63,856 bases of DNA, filler included, from Craspedostauros australis (GCA_030167865.1; 13 parts of 13 records of this genome joined end to end with filler, not necessarily neighbours in it), one strand, 5' to 3'; positions 46,468 to 57,784 are shown, counted from the first letter of the whole stretch. Translations and numbers: made by a program. The notes: generated by a model from the sequence alone, not told the origin.

Positions 46468-47064
46468 ATGCCCTCCCCCTTCGTTGGTGGAAGCGACGAT
46501 GACGTCAGTGGCGATGCTGCTCAGATTGCGATATGGATGCTGTACGGGTTCTTGGCGGTGATTCCGTACTTGGCGTACTGCCACTTTGGCCTCGATGGTC
46601 GAGGACGGTTGCAGATCCAGCTGCTCGGGCGCGGGCTGGTTGGCGCCGCCTTGGTGTACGTCGGATTTGCGCTGTACCATCACAGCTTCTCAGGGAACAG
46701 CAGCGACGGCGACAGTTTTTGCTTCACGCAGTCATGCCTGGAGATGGAGATCGCTGGGCTCTTTCTCTACGGTCCCTTCTACCCGCTTGCGATGCGATCC
46801 TTGCACGGACAGCAACGAGGTCAGCGCAAGCATGAACTGCGCCAGCGCAAATCAGCGCCCACCGCGATGGCCTGCTACTGTCTGGCGATCGGTTGGATCT
46901 TGCATCCCATGTGGGATATATTCTTGCACAGTCCAGGCAAGGCAGCAGCCCACATTGCGCCGGAGTGGTACGTCTGGTTCTGCATTGCGTTCGACATTGC
47001 CGTCGCTGCGTACCTGGTGTGGTTGGCGCGGCGAGGACGGAGTGCCGCAGACCGGCAAAGATGA
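46468..47064 (+). CDS. Small membrane protein, DUF6010-like
   Basis: L...A.VYVGFA; LAIGWILHPMWDIFLH; PEWYVWFCIAFD. Confidence 0.7.
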   Translation: MPSPFVGGSDDDVSGDAAQIAIWMLYGFLAVIPYLAYCHFGLDGRGRLQIQLLGRGLVGAALVYVGFALYHHSFSGNSSDGDSFCFTQSCLEMEIAGLFLYGPFYPLAMRSLHGQQRGQRKHELRQRKSAPTAMACYCLAIGWILHPMWDIFLHSPGKAAAHIAPEWYVWFCIAFDIAVAAYLVWLARRGRSAADRQR

Positions 47065-47483
47065 TATCAAGAGATCTCGAGAGACTGATGAAGGATCATT
47101 TACCAAAGGACACAGCAGGGAGAAAACACAAGTAGCAGAGCATCGCACCACAGCAGATGAGCGGAACAACTCAAATCGAATGATGCCAAATCAAAGTCTC
47201 TCTCTTGACAGAGAGGATGCCGCTCTATCTTTGTGTCGAGGTGCTACCATGACGTCACCATTGTGGACAACCTCGTGTTCGCAGGAACGCCGAGGAACAA
47301 TGACGCTCCATCGTCATTCAGAACACGCCTGAAAATGTTACACGCGAGGGAAAATGCACAACAAACACCCAACACACGTTGTGTTCTGTGATGTGCATCC
47401 TCAACAGCACACAAAGATCTCACAAAAGAAAGATCTCACAACAGAAAAGCAACAGAGTATCAACAGAGCAGAAAGCAGCAACG

Positions 47484-50400
47484 ATGGATCAAGAACCAGC
47501 ATGGGTGGACCCGTGCAGCGAGGAGGGCAGGAAGGCTGCCGCGGACAAGGCGAAGGCCGACACGAAGATGGAGCTGAAGTCCATGGCGGAGGCGATGGAG
47601 CCCGAGGATAGCAACTACAAGTACCGCGACCTCATCCTGCAGCTGTCCGACCTCAGGGAGAACATGCCGCAGGGATGGACCATGCGCAGCAACCCGAAGA
47701 AGGGTGAGGCGCTGTACGTCCACGAGAACGGGAAGGAGTCCTGGAAGCACCCCAACACGAAGGTCATCAACGAGCTCATGGCGGAGTACGATGCCCGCGC
47801 CAAGGCCGCGGAGGAGGCCGAACGGGTTACCGTCGCCGCTTCTCGTCCAGCATCAGCCCACGCGGTGTCCAACGATGCGGTCGCACAGGCCAAGATCAAC
47901 AAGCTGCGCAAGATGCTGCAGAAGGGTCTGCCGGAGGCCGCCGTGGCGCAACGTGCTCGCTTGGAAGGCATCGACATGGTGCTGGTCCTGCAGAAGGACG
48001 AGCCAAGCACCGTCGACGAGCCAGAGAGCAGCGTTGCAGGAGGCAAGCGCTCTCGCAGCGACTCCTTCGGTGAGACCGGCAGCCCCAACGATCCTTTCAG
48101 CAAGGTCAGCCCTCGTCTCATCAAGAAGTACAAGAACATGCTCAAGCGCGGAGTTGCGCTTGCCGCCGTGCAGCAGATGGCCTTCGTGGAGAGCCAGCTG
48201 CAGCCAAACGAGCTTCTCCAGGTCTGCGATGTACCGCAAGACGGCGATGGCACTGCCGCAGACGCCGTCGGAGAAGGCAACCTGCAGTACGCTGCCAAGA
48301 CTCTCTCGCCAACCACAATCCAAAAGGACCCCATGCGCAAGTACAAGGCCATGATCAAGTCCGGCGTCCCCGCCCTCGCAGTTGAGCAAACGGCGCTGCG
48401 TGATGGCATCGATGCCAGCGTCATCGTCAAGGAGCTGGGCGTCACGCCATCGACCGAACCTGCCAAACCTGTCTACTTCACCGCAGCCGATGATAACAAG
48501 TCCGTCGACATCCCCAAGGAGACCGATCTCAGCAAGGTCGTCATTCGCATGGTCCAGACCGTGCAACGAGCTGCTGGCACCCGCGCTGCCTCCTTCCACT
48601 ACAGCAAGCAGTCGTCGGCCGTCACCAATTCCACCATCCGCGTTAGCACCCAAACTCTCTACAACGCGCTCGGTGCTCTGCAGGGTGTGCAATGGGCCAT
48701 CGACAAGTACAATGGCACGACCACATTCAAGGACTCGTGGCTCGAAGCCAAGGCGAAACGTCAGGCCTACGCCGAGATGGCGACTTCGCTGGGACTCCCC
48801 CTCCCACCCTCGTTCCGCGATACCGTTGGCGTGGATGGATTGTCACAGCTCATTGCGCACGTGAAGGAGGTCCACGAAAAAGAACTCCGCGACATCCAAA
48901 CCAACTGCCAGGACCGCGGACTTTACGATTTTGATTCCTTGGCCTTCTTGTACACCCCTGGAAGCCGCGTGCTTGCCAAGCACGCCGGAGGTGGCGGGGT
49001 GGACATGATCTGCCAGGTGGTTTGGAACCGGTACGAGCAAGGCCGCACCATCGCTGGTCAAGTCACCAAGTACTTCCGGGTCTGTTTCCAATTCATCGTG
49101 GCCGTCAGCGGATCCCACTTCACCATTGCGGAGGTCGTCGAGGGCATCCAATCCTTCGAAGGCACGCGCTCCATCTCCACGCTCAACTTCATCCCCTTCT
49201 CCACCTTCCCTGCCGCAGAACAGGATCGTCTCATCGCCCAGTACCGTGCGCGCGGCGAGATGTACAACCGCGTGGCGACAGGAATCCCGACGTACATGGA
49301 GTACGACAAGAACGCCTTCTTCTTGAAGCGTGGTGGCGGCCTCAACATGTCCAAGACGACGAGCGGAAATTCCGCGGCTGCTGCGATGGCGACGGGTGGC
49401 CGCGTCATGATCGACACGCAGGGCGCATACGATCACGGTCACTCCATCAGCACTGGGTACGAGACCATGGTCACCGCCATCAAGCACAAGTACAAGGAGT
49501 ACAAGCTCCACTTGCGCTCCGTTAACAAGGACCAAGGTCCTGGTGCAGCGTCGTTTGGTGGCAATGCGAACAACAGCAACAACCATCATCATCATCATGA
49601 TGGCGGAACGGGCATTGCGCTCTTGGAATCCATCCCGGACGACCATATCGACCTCGTGTGGCCCGCGGTCGTTGGTTTTTCCTTCACCAGCAAGGCGTGG
49701 GGAGATGTGCTGATCGACTCCTTGTCCAGCATTCAATTTCAAGATGACATCTTCGATCGTTTGGTGCTGCCGCCCAGTCGCAAGCGCATCGTCAAGGCCC
49801 TCATCCGCAACGGCAACACGGAGTTTCAGGACGTCATCCAAGGCAAGGGCGAAGGCTCCGTATTTCTGCTGTACGGGCCGCCGGGCGTTGGGAAGACGTT
49901 GACCGCAGAGGCGGTGTGCGAAGTGTTGCACAAGCCGCTGTACTCCGTTTCGTTGGGACAGCTGGGAACGACGCCAGGCGATTTGGAAACAAATCTGGGC
50001 GAGATCCTGAACCTCTGCGCGCGTTGGGATGCCTTGATTCTGCTGGACGAGGCCGACATCTTCTTGGAGAAGCGCACCTCGACTGGTTCGTTGGAACGCA
50101 ACGCCATGGTGAGCGTCATGCTGCGCCTCGTCGAGTACTTTCAAGGCATTCTGTTCTTGACGTCCAACCGCGTCGATTCCTTGGATCCTGCCTTCCAAAC
50201 TCGCATCACCTTGGCGTTGCGCTACGACAACCTGGACCGCCCGGGACGCGCCCAGATCTGGAAGAACCTCCTTGAGAAGTCCGGTTACTCCGTGCAGGGC
50301 GGCGCTGTCGCAGCGCAGTTCGATCCCCACAGGCTGGCCGAGGCCCCTTTGAACGGACGCGAGATCAAGAACTGCATCCGCATGGGCTTGGCGATGGCGG

Positions 50401-50600
50401 CCGAAGAAGGCAAGACCTTGTCGCAGCAGCTGCTGTTGGAAACTGTCGAAACCGTGCGTGATTTGAACGAGCAGATGAACATGTCGAAGGATTACTACAA
50501 CTACGACGGGTCCGGACGTGGCAACAGCACCAAGAAGAAAAAGAAGGGCGGTCTTCGCTCATTCTTCTCTCGCAAATTCAGCCTCGGTGCAAAGGAGTAG
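47484..50600 (+). CDS. AAA+ ATPase with an N-terminal WW domain and three KY..M+K.G+P..AV.Q repeats
   Basis: PQGW...LYVH...SWKHP; Walker A GPPGVGKT; Walker B ILLDEAD; FLTSNR...DPAFQTRI; LNGREIKN. Confidence 0.88.
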   Translation: MDQEPAWVDPCSEEGRKAAADKAKADTKMELKSMAEAMEPEDSNYKYRDLILQLSDLRENMPQGWTMRSNPKKGEALYVHENGKESWKHPNTKVINELMAEYDARAKAAEEAERVTVAASRPASAHAVSNDAVAQAKINKLRKMLQKGLPEAAVAQRARLEGIDMVLVLQKDEPSTVDEPESSVAGGKRSRSDSFGETGSPNDPFSKVSPRLIKKYKNMLKRGVALAAVQQMAFVESQLQPNELLQVCDVPQDGDGTAADAVGEGNLQYAAKTLSPTTIQKDPMRKYKAMIKSGVPALAVEQTALRDGIDASVIVKELGVTPSTEPAKPVYFTAADDNKSVDIPKETDLSKVVIRMVQTVQRAAGTRAASFHYSKQSSAVTNSTIRVSTQTLYNALGALQGVQWAIDKYNGTTTFKDSWLEAKAKRQAYAEMATSLGLPLPPSFRDTVGVDGLSQLIAHVKEVHEKELRDIQTNCQDRGLYDFDSLAFLYTPGSRVLAKHAGGGGVDMICQVVWNRYEQGRTIAGQVTKYFRVCFQFIVAVSGSHFTIAEVVEGIQSFEGTRSISTLNFIPFSTFPAAEQDRLIAQYRARGEMYNRVATGIPTYMEYDKNAFFLKRGGGLNMSKTTSGNSAAAAMATGGRVMIDTQGAYDHGHSISTGYETMVTAIKHKYKEYKLHLRSVNKDQGPGAASFGGNANNSNNHHHHHDGGTGIALLESIPDDHIDLVWPAVVGFSFTSKAWGDVLIDSLSSIQFQDDIFDRLVLPPSRKRIVKALIRNGNTEFQDVIQGKGEGSVFLLYGPPGVGKTLTAEAVCEVLHKPLYSVSLGQLGTTPGDLETNLGEILNLCARWDALILLDEADIFLEKRTSTGSLERNAMVSVMLRLVEYFQGILFLTSNRVDSLDPAFQTRITLALRYDNLDRPGRAQIWKNLLEKSGYSVQGGAVAAQFDPHRLAEAPLNGREIKNCIRMGLAMAAEEGKTLSQQLLLETVETVRDLNEQMNMSKDYYNYDGSGRGNSTKKKKKGGLRSFFSRKFSLGAKE

Positions 50601-50965
50601 GTGCGTACTCGTACGAGGGCAGTGAAGCCCAAATTGAGAGCGGGAAATGAGCCGGCAGACACAAATCGACAGTAGCTTCGACGCAACAAATAATTGGGTT
50701 AGGAGTAACACGAAACATTAAGATGGCAGCAGCAGACTTGCGAGGATGGTATGCTATGCTATGATGCAATGTTCGCGTTGCTACTCGCATTGTTGCTCTT
50801 CTTTGATGCCAGCCATTCTTTTCGAAATTGTGACCAACTTGTATCGTATCTTTTATCTGCAGAGATTCGCTGCCACTGACGCAGTACAGACACCAACGTC
50901 AGAACCTTCGCAAAAATGCGTTCGTTTCTCTCGTTCGCGAACAACGCACCAACCGCATCAGATGG

Positions 50966-52618
50966 ATGAAGAGGATCGCCATTCAATCGCAACCCACTTC
51001 GCAAGAGCGACAATCCACAACCAAAACGAGCCACAGATCGAACGAGAGACCACCTTTGATGCCGATGCCCATGCCGATGCCGAATGGGAGCAGGAGAATA
51101 GGGATGGGATCCCTCATCAGCCTCACCAGCTGCTGCATTGTGTTGCTGTCGCTGTCGCTATCATCACCGTCCACGACTTTGACCAACGCATTCGTCGCGC
51201 CATCGCAGTCTTCGAGACATGCTCATCCTGCTGAGCTGCGTTCCTCCATCACGGATCCAGACAACAACAACAACAGCAACGATGATGGCGACAACCAGCT
51301 CTCCCGCCGCCAATTCGCCGAGCTCTCGGTCGCCGCTCTCGGATTGGGCGTCTCGTTCATCGGCACGCGCGAACTGAAACCCACGGATTATGGGTTGTGG
51401 GGCATCCTGCCGGTCGGCACGTACAAGCAGAAGCCGACCCTCATGGAGACGATCGTGCCGGACCGCATCTGGACCTTCGATCAGAAGTTCGGCATCCTCA
51501 ACGTGCAGGTCCCGCTGCGCATGACGGTAATCAAACTGAGCTCGGGCGGCTTGTTCGTCTACAACCCCGTCGCGGCCACGCCCGAATGCTTGGATCTGCT
51601 GCGGCCTCTCATCGAGCAGCATGGTCCCATCCGGCACATCGTCGTGGGATCCGTCGCACTGGAGCACAAGGTCTACGCCGGCGTGTTGGCTCAGAAATTC
51701 CCAAAGGCGCAGGTCTGGCTCACGCCGGGACAATACTCCTTCCCCGTCGATCTGCCCGATCCCTTCCTGGGATTCCCCGCGTCACGCACCAAGGACATCC
51801 CGTCGTCGATGGCCGACGCGCCGGCGGAATGGAAGGGCGACTTCGAATTCCAAACGTTGGGACCATTCATCAGCCGCGATGGTGCTTTCGGTGAGACGGT
51901 GTTCTTGCACAAGGACACCAAGACGCTGGTCGTGACGGACACCGTCCTCGAGGTCACGGACGAGGTGCCGAAGGTGTGCGAGGTGGATCCCACGCCGTTG
52001 CTGTACCACGCTCGCGACACCGTCACGCAAGTTTTGGAGGATACTCCGCAAGTTCGCGAGATCGGCTGGCGACGCGTGGCCTTGTTCGGCCTCTTCTTCA
52101 CCCCCAGCGCGATCGACATCAAGGATGCCGACGTGGCCTTCCAAGAGCGCCGACCGGATATCAATCCCGACTTCATCGGAATCTACCCCTGGGACTGGGT
52201 CCGGGATGACAAGGCCAGCTTCGACGCATTGAAGGGCGGTTTGCTGGTGGCGCCAATCCTGCAAACCCTCATCCTCAATCGCAACCCTATCGAGGTGCTG
52301 GATTTCGCCGACGAGGTCGCCGCATGGGACATCGGACGCATCATCCCATCACACTTCAAGAACGATCTCAAGTACAGCGGGTCCGACTACCGCAAGGCAT
52401 TTTCCTTCCTGGAGGCCAGCGGGGTTCCACCCAGCCTGCCGAAACCACTTGATGCGGATTTGCAGTTTTTGCGAGAGAGCGAAGAGGGATTGCTGGCGAG
52501 CGGCGCCATCAGCCCCGTCCCCGCGTTGCCAGGCGGCTCTGTGAGTCGGGAGGAGATCCTGAAACAGACAGTCTACCAGTGCAGAGCAGGCATCTGCGGT
52601 CAGCAGTCAAAAGTGTAG
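50966..52618 (+). CDS. DUF4336 family (metallo-beta-lactamase-like) protein, plastid-targeted
   Basis: IWTFDQ..G...V.VPLRMTVIKL..GGLFVYNPVA.T.EC, EHKV, IIPSHF; signal peptide TNA|FVAP. Confidence 0.85.
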   Translation: MKRIAIQSQPTSQERQSTTKTSHRSNERPPLMPMPMPMPNGSRRIGMGSLISLTSCCIVLLSLSLSSPSTTLTNAFVAPSQSSRHAHPAELRSSITDPDNNNNSNDDGDNQLSRRQFAELSVAALGLGVSFIGTRELKPTDYGLWGILPVGTYKQKPTLMETIVPDRIWTFDQKFGILNVQVPLRMTVIKLSSGGLFVYNPVAATPECLDLLRPLIEQHGPIRHIVVGSVALEHKVYAGVLAQKFPKAQVWLTPGQYSFPVDLPDPFLGFPASRTKDIPSSMADAPAEWKGDFEFQTLGPFISRDGAFGETVFLHKDTKTLVVTDTVLEVTDEVPKVCEVDPTPLLYHARDTVTQVLEDTPQVREIGWRRVALFGLFFTPSAIDIKDADVAFQERRPDINPDFIGIYPWDWVRDDKASFDALKGGLLVAPILQTLILNRNPIEVLDFADEVAAWDIGRIIPSHFKNDLKYSGSDYRKAFSFLEASGVPPSLPKPLDADLQFLRESEEGLLASGAISPVPALPGGSVSREEILKQTVYQCRAGICGQQSKV

Positions 52619-52692
52619 TGATTCGCACATCATCGCAGGAATAGAGTCCGTTGGGACTGCTTCGCATTCCATCATCATCAACCGATATCCAT

Positions 52693-53420
52693 GAGGAAAT
52701 TCGTCCACGATAAAAGTCCAAAATTGTCTCAGGAGACAAAGTGAATTTGAGGAGTGCCAAAATTGGTCTCCTCAGACCAAAATCAAGNAACGCGACGTTT
52801 TATCGCGATGGCATTTTCTTCGACCACCTCGACTAAAACTATTTGTTCGCGCTCACTTTTTCCCCCCCTCATATCGTTTTTCCCGATTTATCACAATGTC
52901 CTGGCATGCCCTCCTGTTTACTATGGCTCAATGCTTCTCCTGGATGCATTGAGTCACTTGCATCTCATCACAGTTCTTCGTATACATACGTTCATTGCAT
53001 GATTATCCACGTCCTCCACGCTCTTCACAGGACATGATCGTTCTGCAGCGTTCTTTCTCTTGCATCACAATGATTTGTGGCCGCACCTCTTTGCAGGAAC
53101 GATACACACGCCATATTTGATGGACGTTTGTGTGTTATTACTTTGCTATATGTTACATCTTGACCCATTCCCATGGCTGTACTTTCCTTGTTGANCAGCT
53201 GCTCACGTTCGCGGTCGTTGTGGAGTTGTCTCCGAGCGCATCCGCGGTCTCTGTGGTGCTGGTGCATTGGTGTTTCGCACCACCCCCACTTGGTACGTCG
53301 CCTTCACTTGCCTTCCCTTGCCGCCCACTCCAACAGAGTGGAGGGCCTGCTTCATGAGGGGAGCTTCGTTTTTGTGGCCCACCTTGGCGAGCTTTCCAGC
53401 CTTGCCCCGAACCAACTTCA
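52693..53420 (-). mobile_element. Copy 2 of the DNA-transposon-like element, including a probable terminus with subterminal palindromes
   Basis: Homologous to 15623-16232; palindromes TTGTCTC-AG-GAGACAA (52724) and TTGGTCT-CCTC-AGACCAA (52763). Confidence 0.55.
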
Positions 53421-53520
53421 NNNNNNNNNNNNNNNNNNNNNNNNNNNNNNNNNNNNNNNNNNNNTTAATTAATTAANNNNNNNNNNNNNNNNNNNNNNNN
53501 NNNNNNNNNNNNNNNNNNNN

Positions 53521-53965
53521 CGATCCTTTCATCAGGCATCTCCATCATGCATCTCATCATGCATATCATCATCTACATTCATGCGGTACGATTCCACAGT
53601 CATGTGTTTCTCTCTTGGTCTCCTGACACCATTTCTTACGATTGGTGTCAAGCTTGATGTCCTTTCTGAATTGTTCTAGTCCGTGAGTGGCACGTGTTTC
53701 GGTTCTCCTGATGGGGTGATCACAGACCTGCTGGTCATCGATGTTTCTCCTGTGACGTCGTTGTTTGGATTTTCTTGTTAGAGGAGGACAGGCTTGTTTT
53801 CTTGNNNNNNNNNNNNNNNNNNNNNNNNNNNNNNNNNNNNNNNNNNNNTCAACAAGACTCAAAGGTGTGATCAACAGGAGTTGATTTCAGTCGTGATTGA
53901 TAATTTTGGGAGGTGCGGCAATCATGGGTATCTTGACAAAGTCGTACCCCCGATTCCTGACAGAC
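53521..53965 (-). repeat. Inverted homologue of the 6010-6546 repeat
   Basis: Direct reverse-complement similarity. Confidence 0.85.
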
Positions 53966-54319
53966 TTATCCTTTGATATGCACAACAAAATACAATACAA
54001 AATAATACTTAACTTAGTTTGTGAAATGTTCTACATAGTCCTGCACAACCTGCTTTGTTCTCCTTGGACATGGGACACCATGATCATCTGCTGAGCTGTT
54101 GACATGGTGCAGAAAGAGACTGGTGGCAGTAGTGTTGTTTTCCTTGTTGTTTCTTGCATCATGATTCAAGTGCTTGCAGATTCAATACCACCAAAACAAG
54201 AATATAGAGGGGGAGCAGATGAACAACGGTCAGAAGCCAATGATGGCCGTTGGTGATGACAAGCAGAGAGGAGGTCCAAACACACAGGAAGGGAATAGAC
54301 CTGAAGCAAGGACGAGGCT

Positions 54320-54615
54320 GTACTATAGAGTAGGCATATGGAGGGAAGGCAGCATGTGCTGATTGAGATGTGGACAAAGCTGAACGTCCTGGTCCATGAA
54401 CAGCGGCAGACCAAGAACAAGGCATGATACAGGTCAAGGTAAGGGAGAGAGCAAAGGTTGAATTGGGGTGTACCTCCTGTGGGTAGCATGGAGCCTGCAA
54501 CCCACTCACCACTTTATGCATTCTTCTCCACATGGCTTCCATTGATCCAAAGCCAGATGAAGCACCAGCCTTGGCATGCCCACCGCCACCACGCAATCCT
54601 CAGCATTTCGTCACA
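54320..54615 (+). repeat. Dispersed repeat shared with 57785-58030, possibly a LINE 3' end
   Basis: GCATATGGAGGGAAGGCAG..TGTGCTGATTGAGA and CCAGATGAAGCA...GCAATCCTCA occur in both copies. Confidence 0.75.
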
Positions 54616-55657
54616 AGTAACTGCCTCCCCCTCTTTCTCTCCTCCATTCACGAATCCATCATGACTCAAAATATGACCAACCTGACTCACACCTCACCTT
54701 GGGAACTATATGCTCCTCAGATCCTTTCACTACAACATACCTTGATTCCCTCCATGCCAATGACTACTGCATCACTGCCATAGTCCTGACATGTATATCC
54801 AACCTGATTCAACTCAAGCAAGGGAATCCAAGAGTGCACTCCAGCCACAACCATTGCTTCATGACCACTTCCATTGAGTGTCATGACCTACACTGCAGTG
54901 TGTCTACATGTGAGGAGAGCAAGAAACTGCAATAATCGCCTGCCCTCAAGCACTGAACCAAGTACATCAGTGCAGGGTCCTATCAAGCTGTGTGACATCA
55001 TTTCTTCATCCTACTAACACTACCAACTAACTCATAATAAACAGACAAGGATTAGTTACAAAGCACTCTTCTACTCATCGTTACAGTAACAACTCTTCAA
55101 TCAGTACACCTCTCTTGAACTGCATTACACGGCTATCTCGAAGCTGGCAGATTCAGGAGGCATCCTCCACCGATTCGCGCCGACCAAGCCCGAATCCTAA
55201 CTAGTGTCTTTTGGCTTGGGTGGAGGCCAATTTTTTTGGTAACCATTGGTAACAATTGGTAACTAGTCGTATGAGTCAATTTCGCCGTAGACGCTGGTAC
55301 ATTTTGTACGTCAGTCCCACTCGAAGCGGCCCAAAAAACACCTTTTCTGCCACAAACCTCCTCGGCAAGTTCATGCCGCTCCTTTTGTTTGAGCTCTCCT
55401 TTTGTGATCATTCGCATGTGTGGCTTTTAATCACCCTCTCCAAGTTTGGCGGCGATTGGATGGGTAGTTGTCTAGATCTGCTCGTTTCTCTGGGGCCACC
55501 ACTCCATATTGTCATTCACGAATGCCAATCACCGCGATGTATCGTGGCGAATTTTGTNNNNNNNNNNNNNNNNNNNNNNNNNNNNNNNNNNNNNNNNNNN
55601 NTTAATTAATTAANNNNNNNNNNNNNNNNNNNNNNNNNNNNNNNNNNNNNNNNNNNN

Positions 55658-56254
55658 ACAGACTCCTCCCATGATGGGCTTGGTCGGTTTCTTGCCGACC
55701 TTGCCTCCTCGACCAGCTGAGGGTCCGTTCCCGCCTCCGCCGCCACCATCATCATCGCTTGGGTCGCTGTCGTCTCCGGAGTCGTCTCCGCCACCTCCAC
55801 CAAAGAGATCGTCATCATCGTCCNNNNNNNNNNNNNNNNNNNNNNNNNNNNNNNNNNNNNNNNNNNNNNNNNNNNNNNNNNNNNNNNNNNNNNNNNNNNN
55901 NNNNNNNNNNNNNNNNNNNNNNNNNNNNNNNNNNNNNNNNNNNNNNNNNNNNNNNNNNNNNNNNNNNNNNNNNNNNNNNNNNNNNNNNATGCTTCCTGGG
56001 GTCGCGGGATCCGACTTCATCAGTCCTTCGTATGCCTCCATACGTTGCTTGAGATTGGCCTCTCTTTCAGCCAGTATGGCTTGTGTTGCTTCGAGCTGGG
56101 CCTTTGCTTCGTTGAGCTGGGCCTTGTCTTGCTTCAGACGGGCCTCACGGAGATCCACTCCATCATCATCATGCTGTTGGATTTCCGTTCGATCGGTTTG
56201 TTCTACTGCTGCGGTCTCGCCGGGCAGCACCGTGTCCTTGCTGGCATTAGTCAT
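55658..56254 (-). mobile_element. N-terminus of an LTR retrotransposon gag ORF (CoDi-like)
   Basis: Coiled coil, acidic/Gly tract and KPIMGG motif; lies ~260 bp downstream of a PBS. Confidence 0.65.
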
Positions 56255-56515
56255 GCTGATTCACTTCTTGAGCGTTTGCCTTGCAGGTGGCAGATCTTGT
56301 CTGCTTGTTGTCGATATCGTTGTCGCCGCGTGCTGGGATCCAACTTCCTGGCGGAAGGTGTGCACAGGATTCTGAGCTCCGGCGATGGTTGGTGGGCTGT
56401 TTCGTGAACAGCGGTTGGTAGTCTGGACTACTCCAGCTTCTTGTTTCGCTTGGGTAGTCAGGGGTATTCGCTGCGTTGCGTTGTAGCAGAGGAAGAGTAG
56501 TTAGTGGATTCGAAG

Positions 56516-56533
56516 AACCACTCGCAGCTACCA
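56516..56533 (-). promoter_or_regulatory. Primer-binding site, probably for initiator tRNA-Met
   Basis: TGGTAGCTGCGAGTGGTT is complementary to a tRNA 3' end AACCACTCGCAGCTACCA (A1:U72-type acceptor stem). Confidence 0.75.
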
Positions 56534-56877
56534 GTTAAATTTCGTTAGTTCGCGTGTCCGAGATGTCCCCGTAGATGGAACAAATCCGGATTGGATTGTT
56601 TGTTGTTGTTGTTGTTGTTGACAATAGGGACGGACTTTGTGTTTTTGTTGCTGTGAGAAAATTGTTTGTTGCGTTGCCTTGAGCAAGCGTTCAANGTCGC
56701 AACTCGGACCGACTGATGAAGTCGTTTGGTGTCAGAGTTTACGATGGGAAGACGAGAGTGAATGCAATTGATTTGTACTGTGTTTGAAGAGTGTTTTGAG
56801 TTGTGAACTTTTGCATTTTATGATTAAGTTGATGAAGACAATGAAGATGATGATGAAGACAATGAAGAGGCAACAAT
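56534..56877 (-). mobile_element. Probable 5' LTR (truncated by the gap)
   Basis: Non-coding segment immediately upstream of the PBS; second LTR not present in this window. Confidence 0.5.
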
Positions 56878-57784
56878 NNNNNNNNNNNNNNNNNNNNNNN
56901 NNNNNNNNNNNNNNNNNNNNNTTAATTAATTAANNNNNNNNNNNNNNNNNNNNNNNNNNNNNNNNNNNNNNNNNNNNTGCTAGTAGTACGATCACACGAT
57001 TGATCGTATTCACTTGAGAAGGTCAGGGCAAGATTCGCACGTGTCACACCCAAGATCCAAGACTGTCCTGATTGGGCAGATTGGCTCATCTTGGCAAGAA
57101 ATCAATTTCCACGACATTTTTGGATCTGTGATTGAGGGAAAACGATTCTTGCGACGCGAAATGCGACACAAATCTGACACAACGGATTTTCGACCAAAAT
57201 TTCCGTTCGGAACGGAAAAGGTAAGAAAAGTGGATATTTCTGATTGGTCGACGGGTGTCGCTATTGTTAGAGATTTAGCGTGCGCTAATAGGACGGAAGC
57301 CAGAAGACTTGCAGATACTGTTCTTATCTTAAAGCAAAAGCAAAGCTCGAAGGCAGGCCCACACACGAACCAAGCAGAGTCAGAAGGGTGTGCAGTGTGT
57401 GTGGAATCCATGTCTGTAAGCTGCACTGGAATGTATTTCATGGGAAGGATGACGAGAGTATCACCAACTCTGAAGAGAGTGAACTGACCATTACAGTCTA
57501 AATTCCAGTTTAGAGACAGGTACATAATTAGTTTTCATACGTAGGACATGGTAGGAAAAAGCTGTAGAAATTTAACACGGAGGCTTTATAATGGCTCTGA
57601 CAGATCCTTTAGGGCTGGTCCACGAAGGGATAGTAAAACAAAAATTCAGTAGTTCCCAACGATAGCACTAGTAAACGATGGTACCGATTTAGTTTTCACG
57701 TTGGCCGCGGTAGGACAAACGCGTTCAAAAATTAACACGGTGTCGAGATATACGATATAATAGTGTAACTATCTCTGGGTCATG

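Noticed and set aside
39134..50330. Long antisense ORFs (39134-40702, 43327-44541, 48843-50330)
   Set aside because: Shadow frames of GC3-rich real genes on the opposite strand.
56700..56760. Hammerhead ribozyme (CTGATGA) or plus-strand PBS TGGTGTCAGAG
   Set aside because: No GAAA core with matching stems; a better PBS lies on the minus strand next to gag. CTGATGA at ~17873 and ~47085 also lacks the fold.
56978..57008. Helitron 3' end (hairpin + CTAG on the minus strand)
   Set aside because: The hairpin is not GC-rich, lies only 3 nt from CTAG, and is not followed by T.
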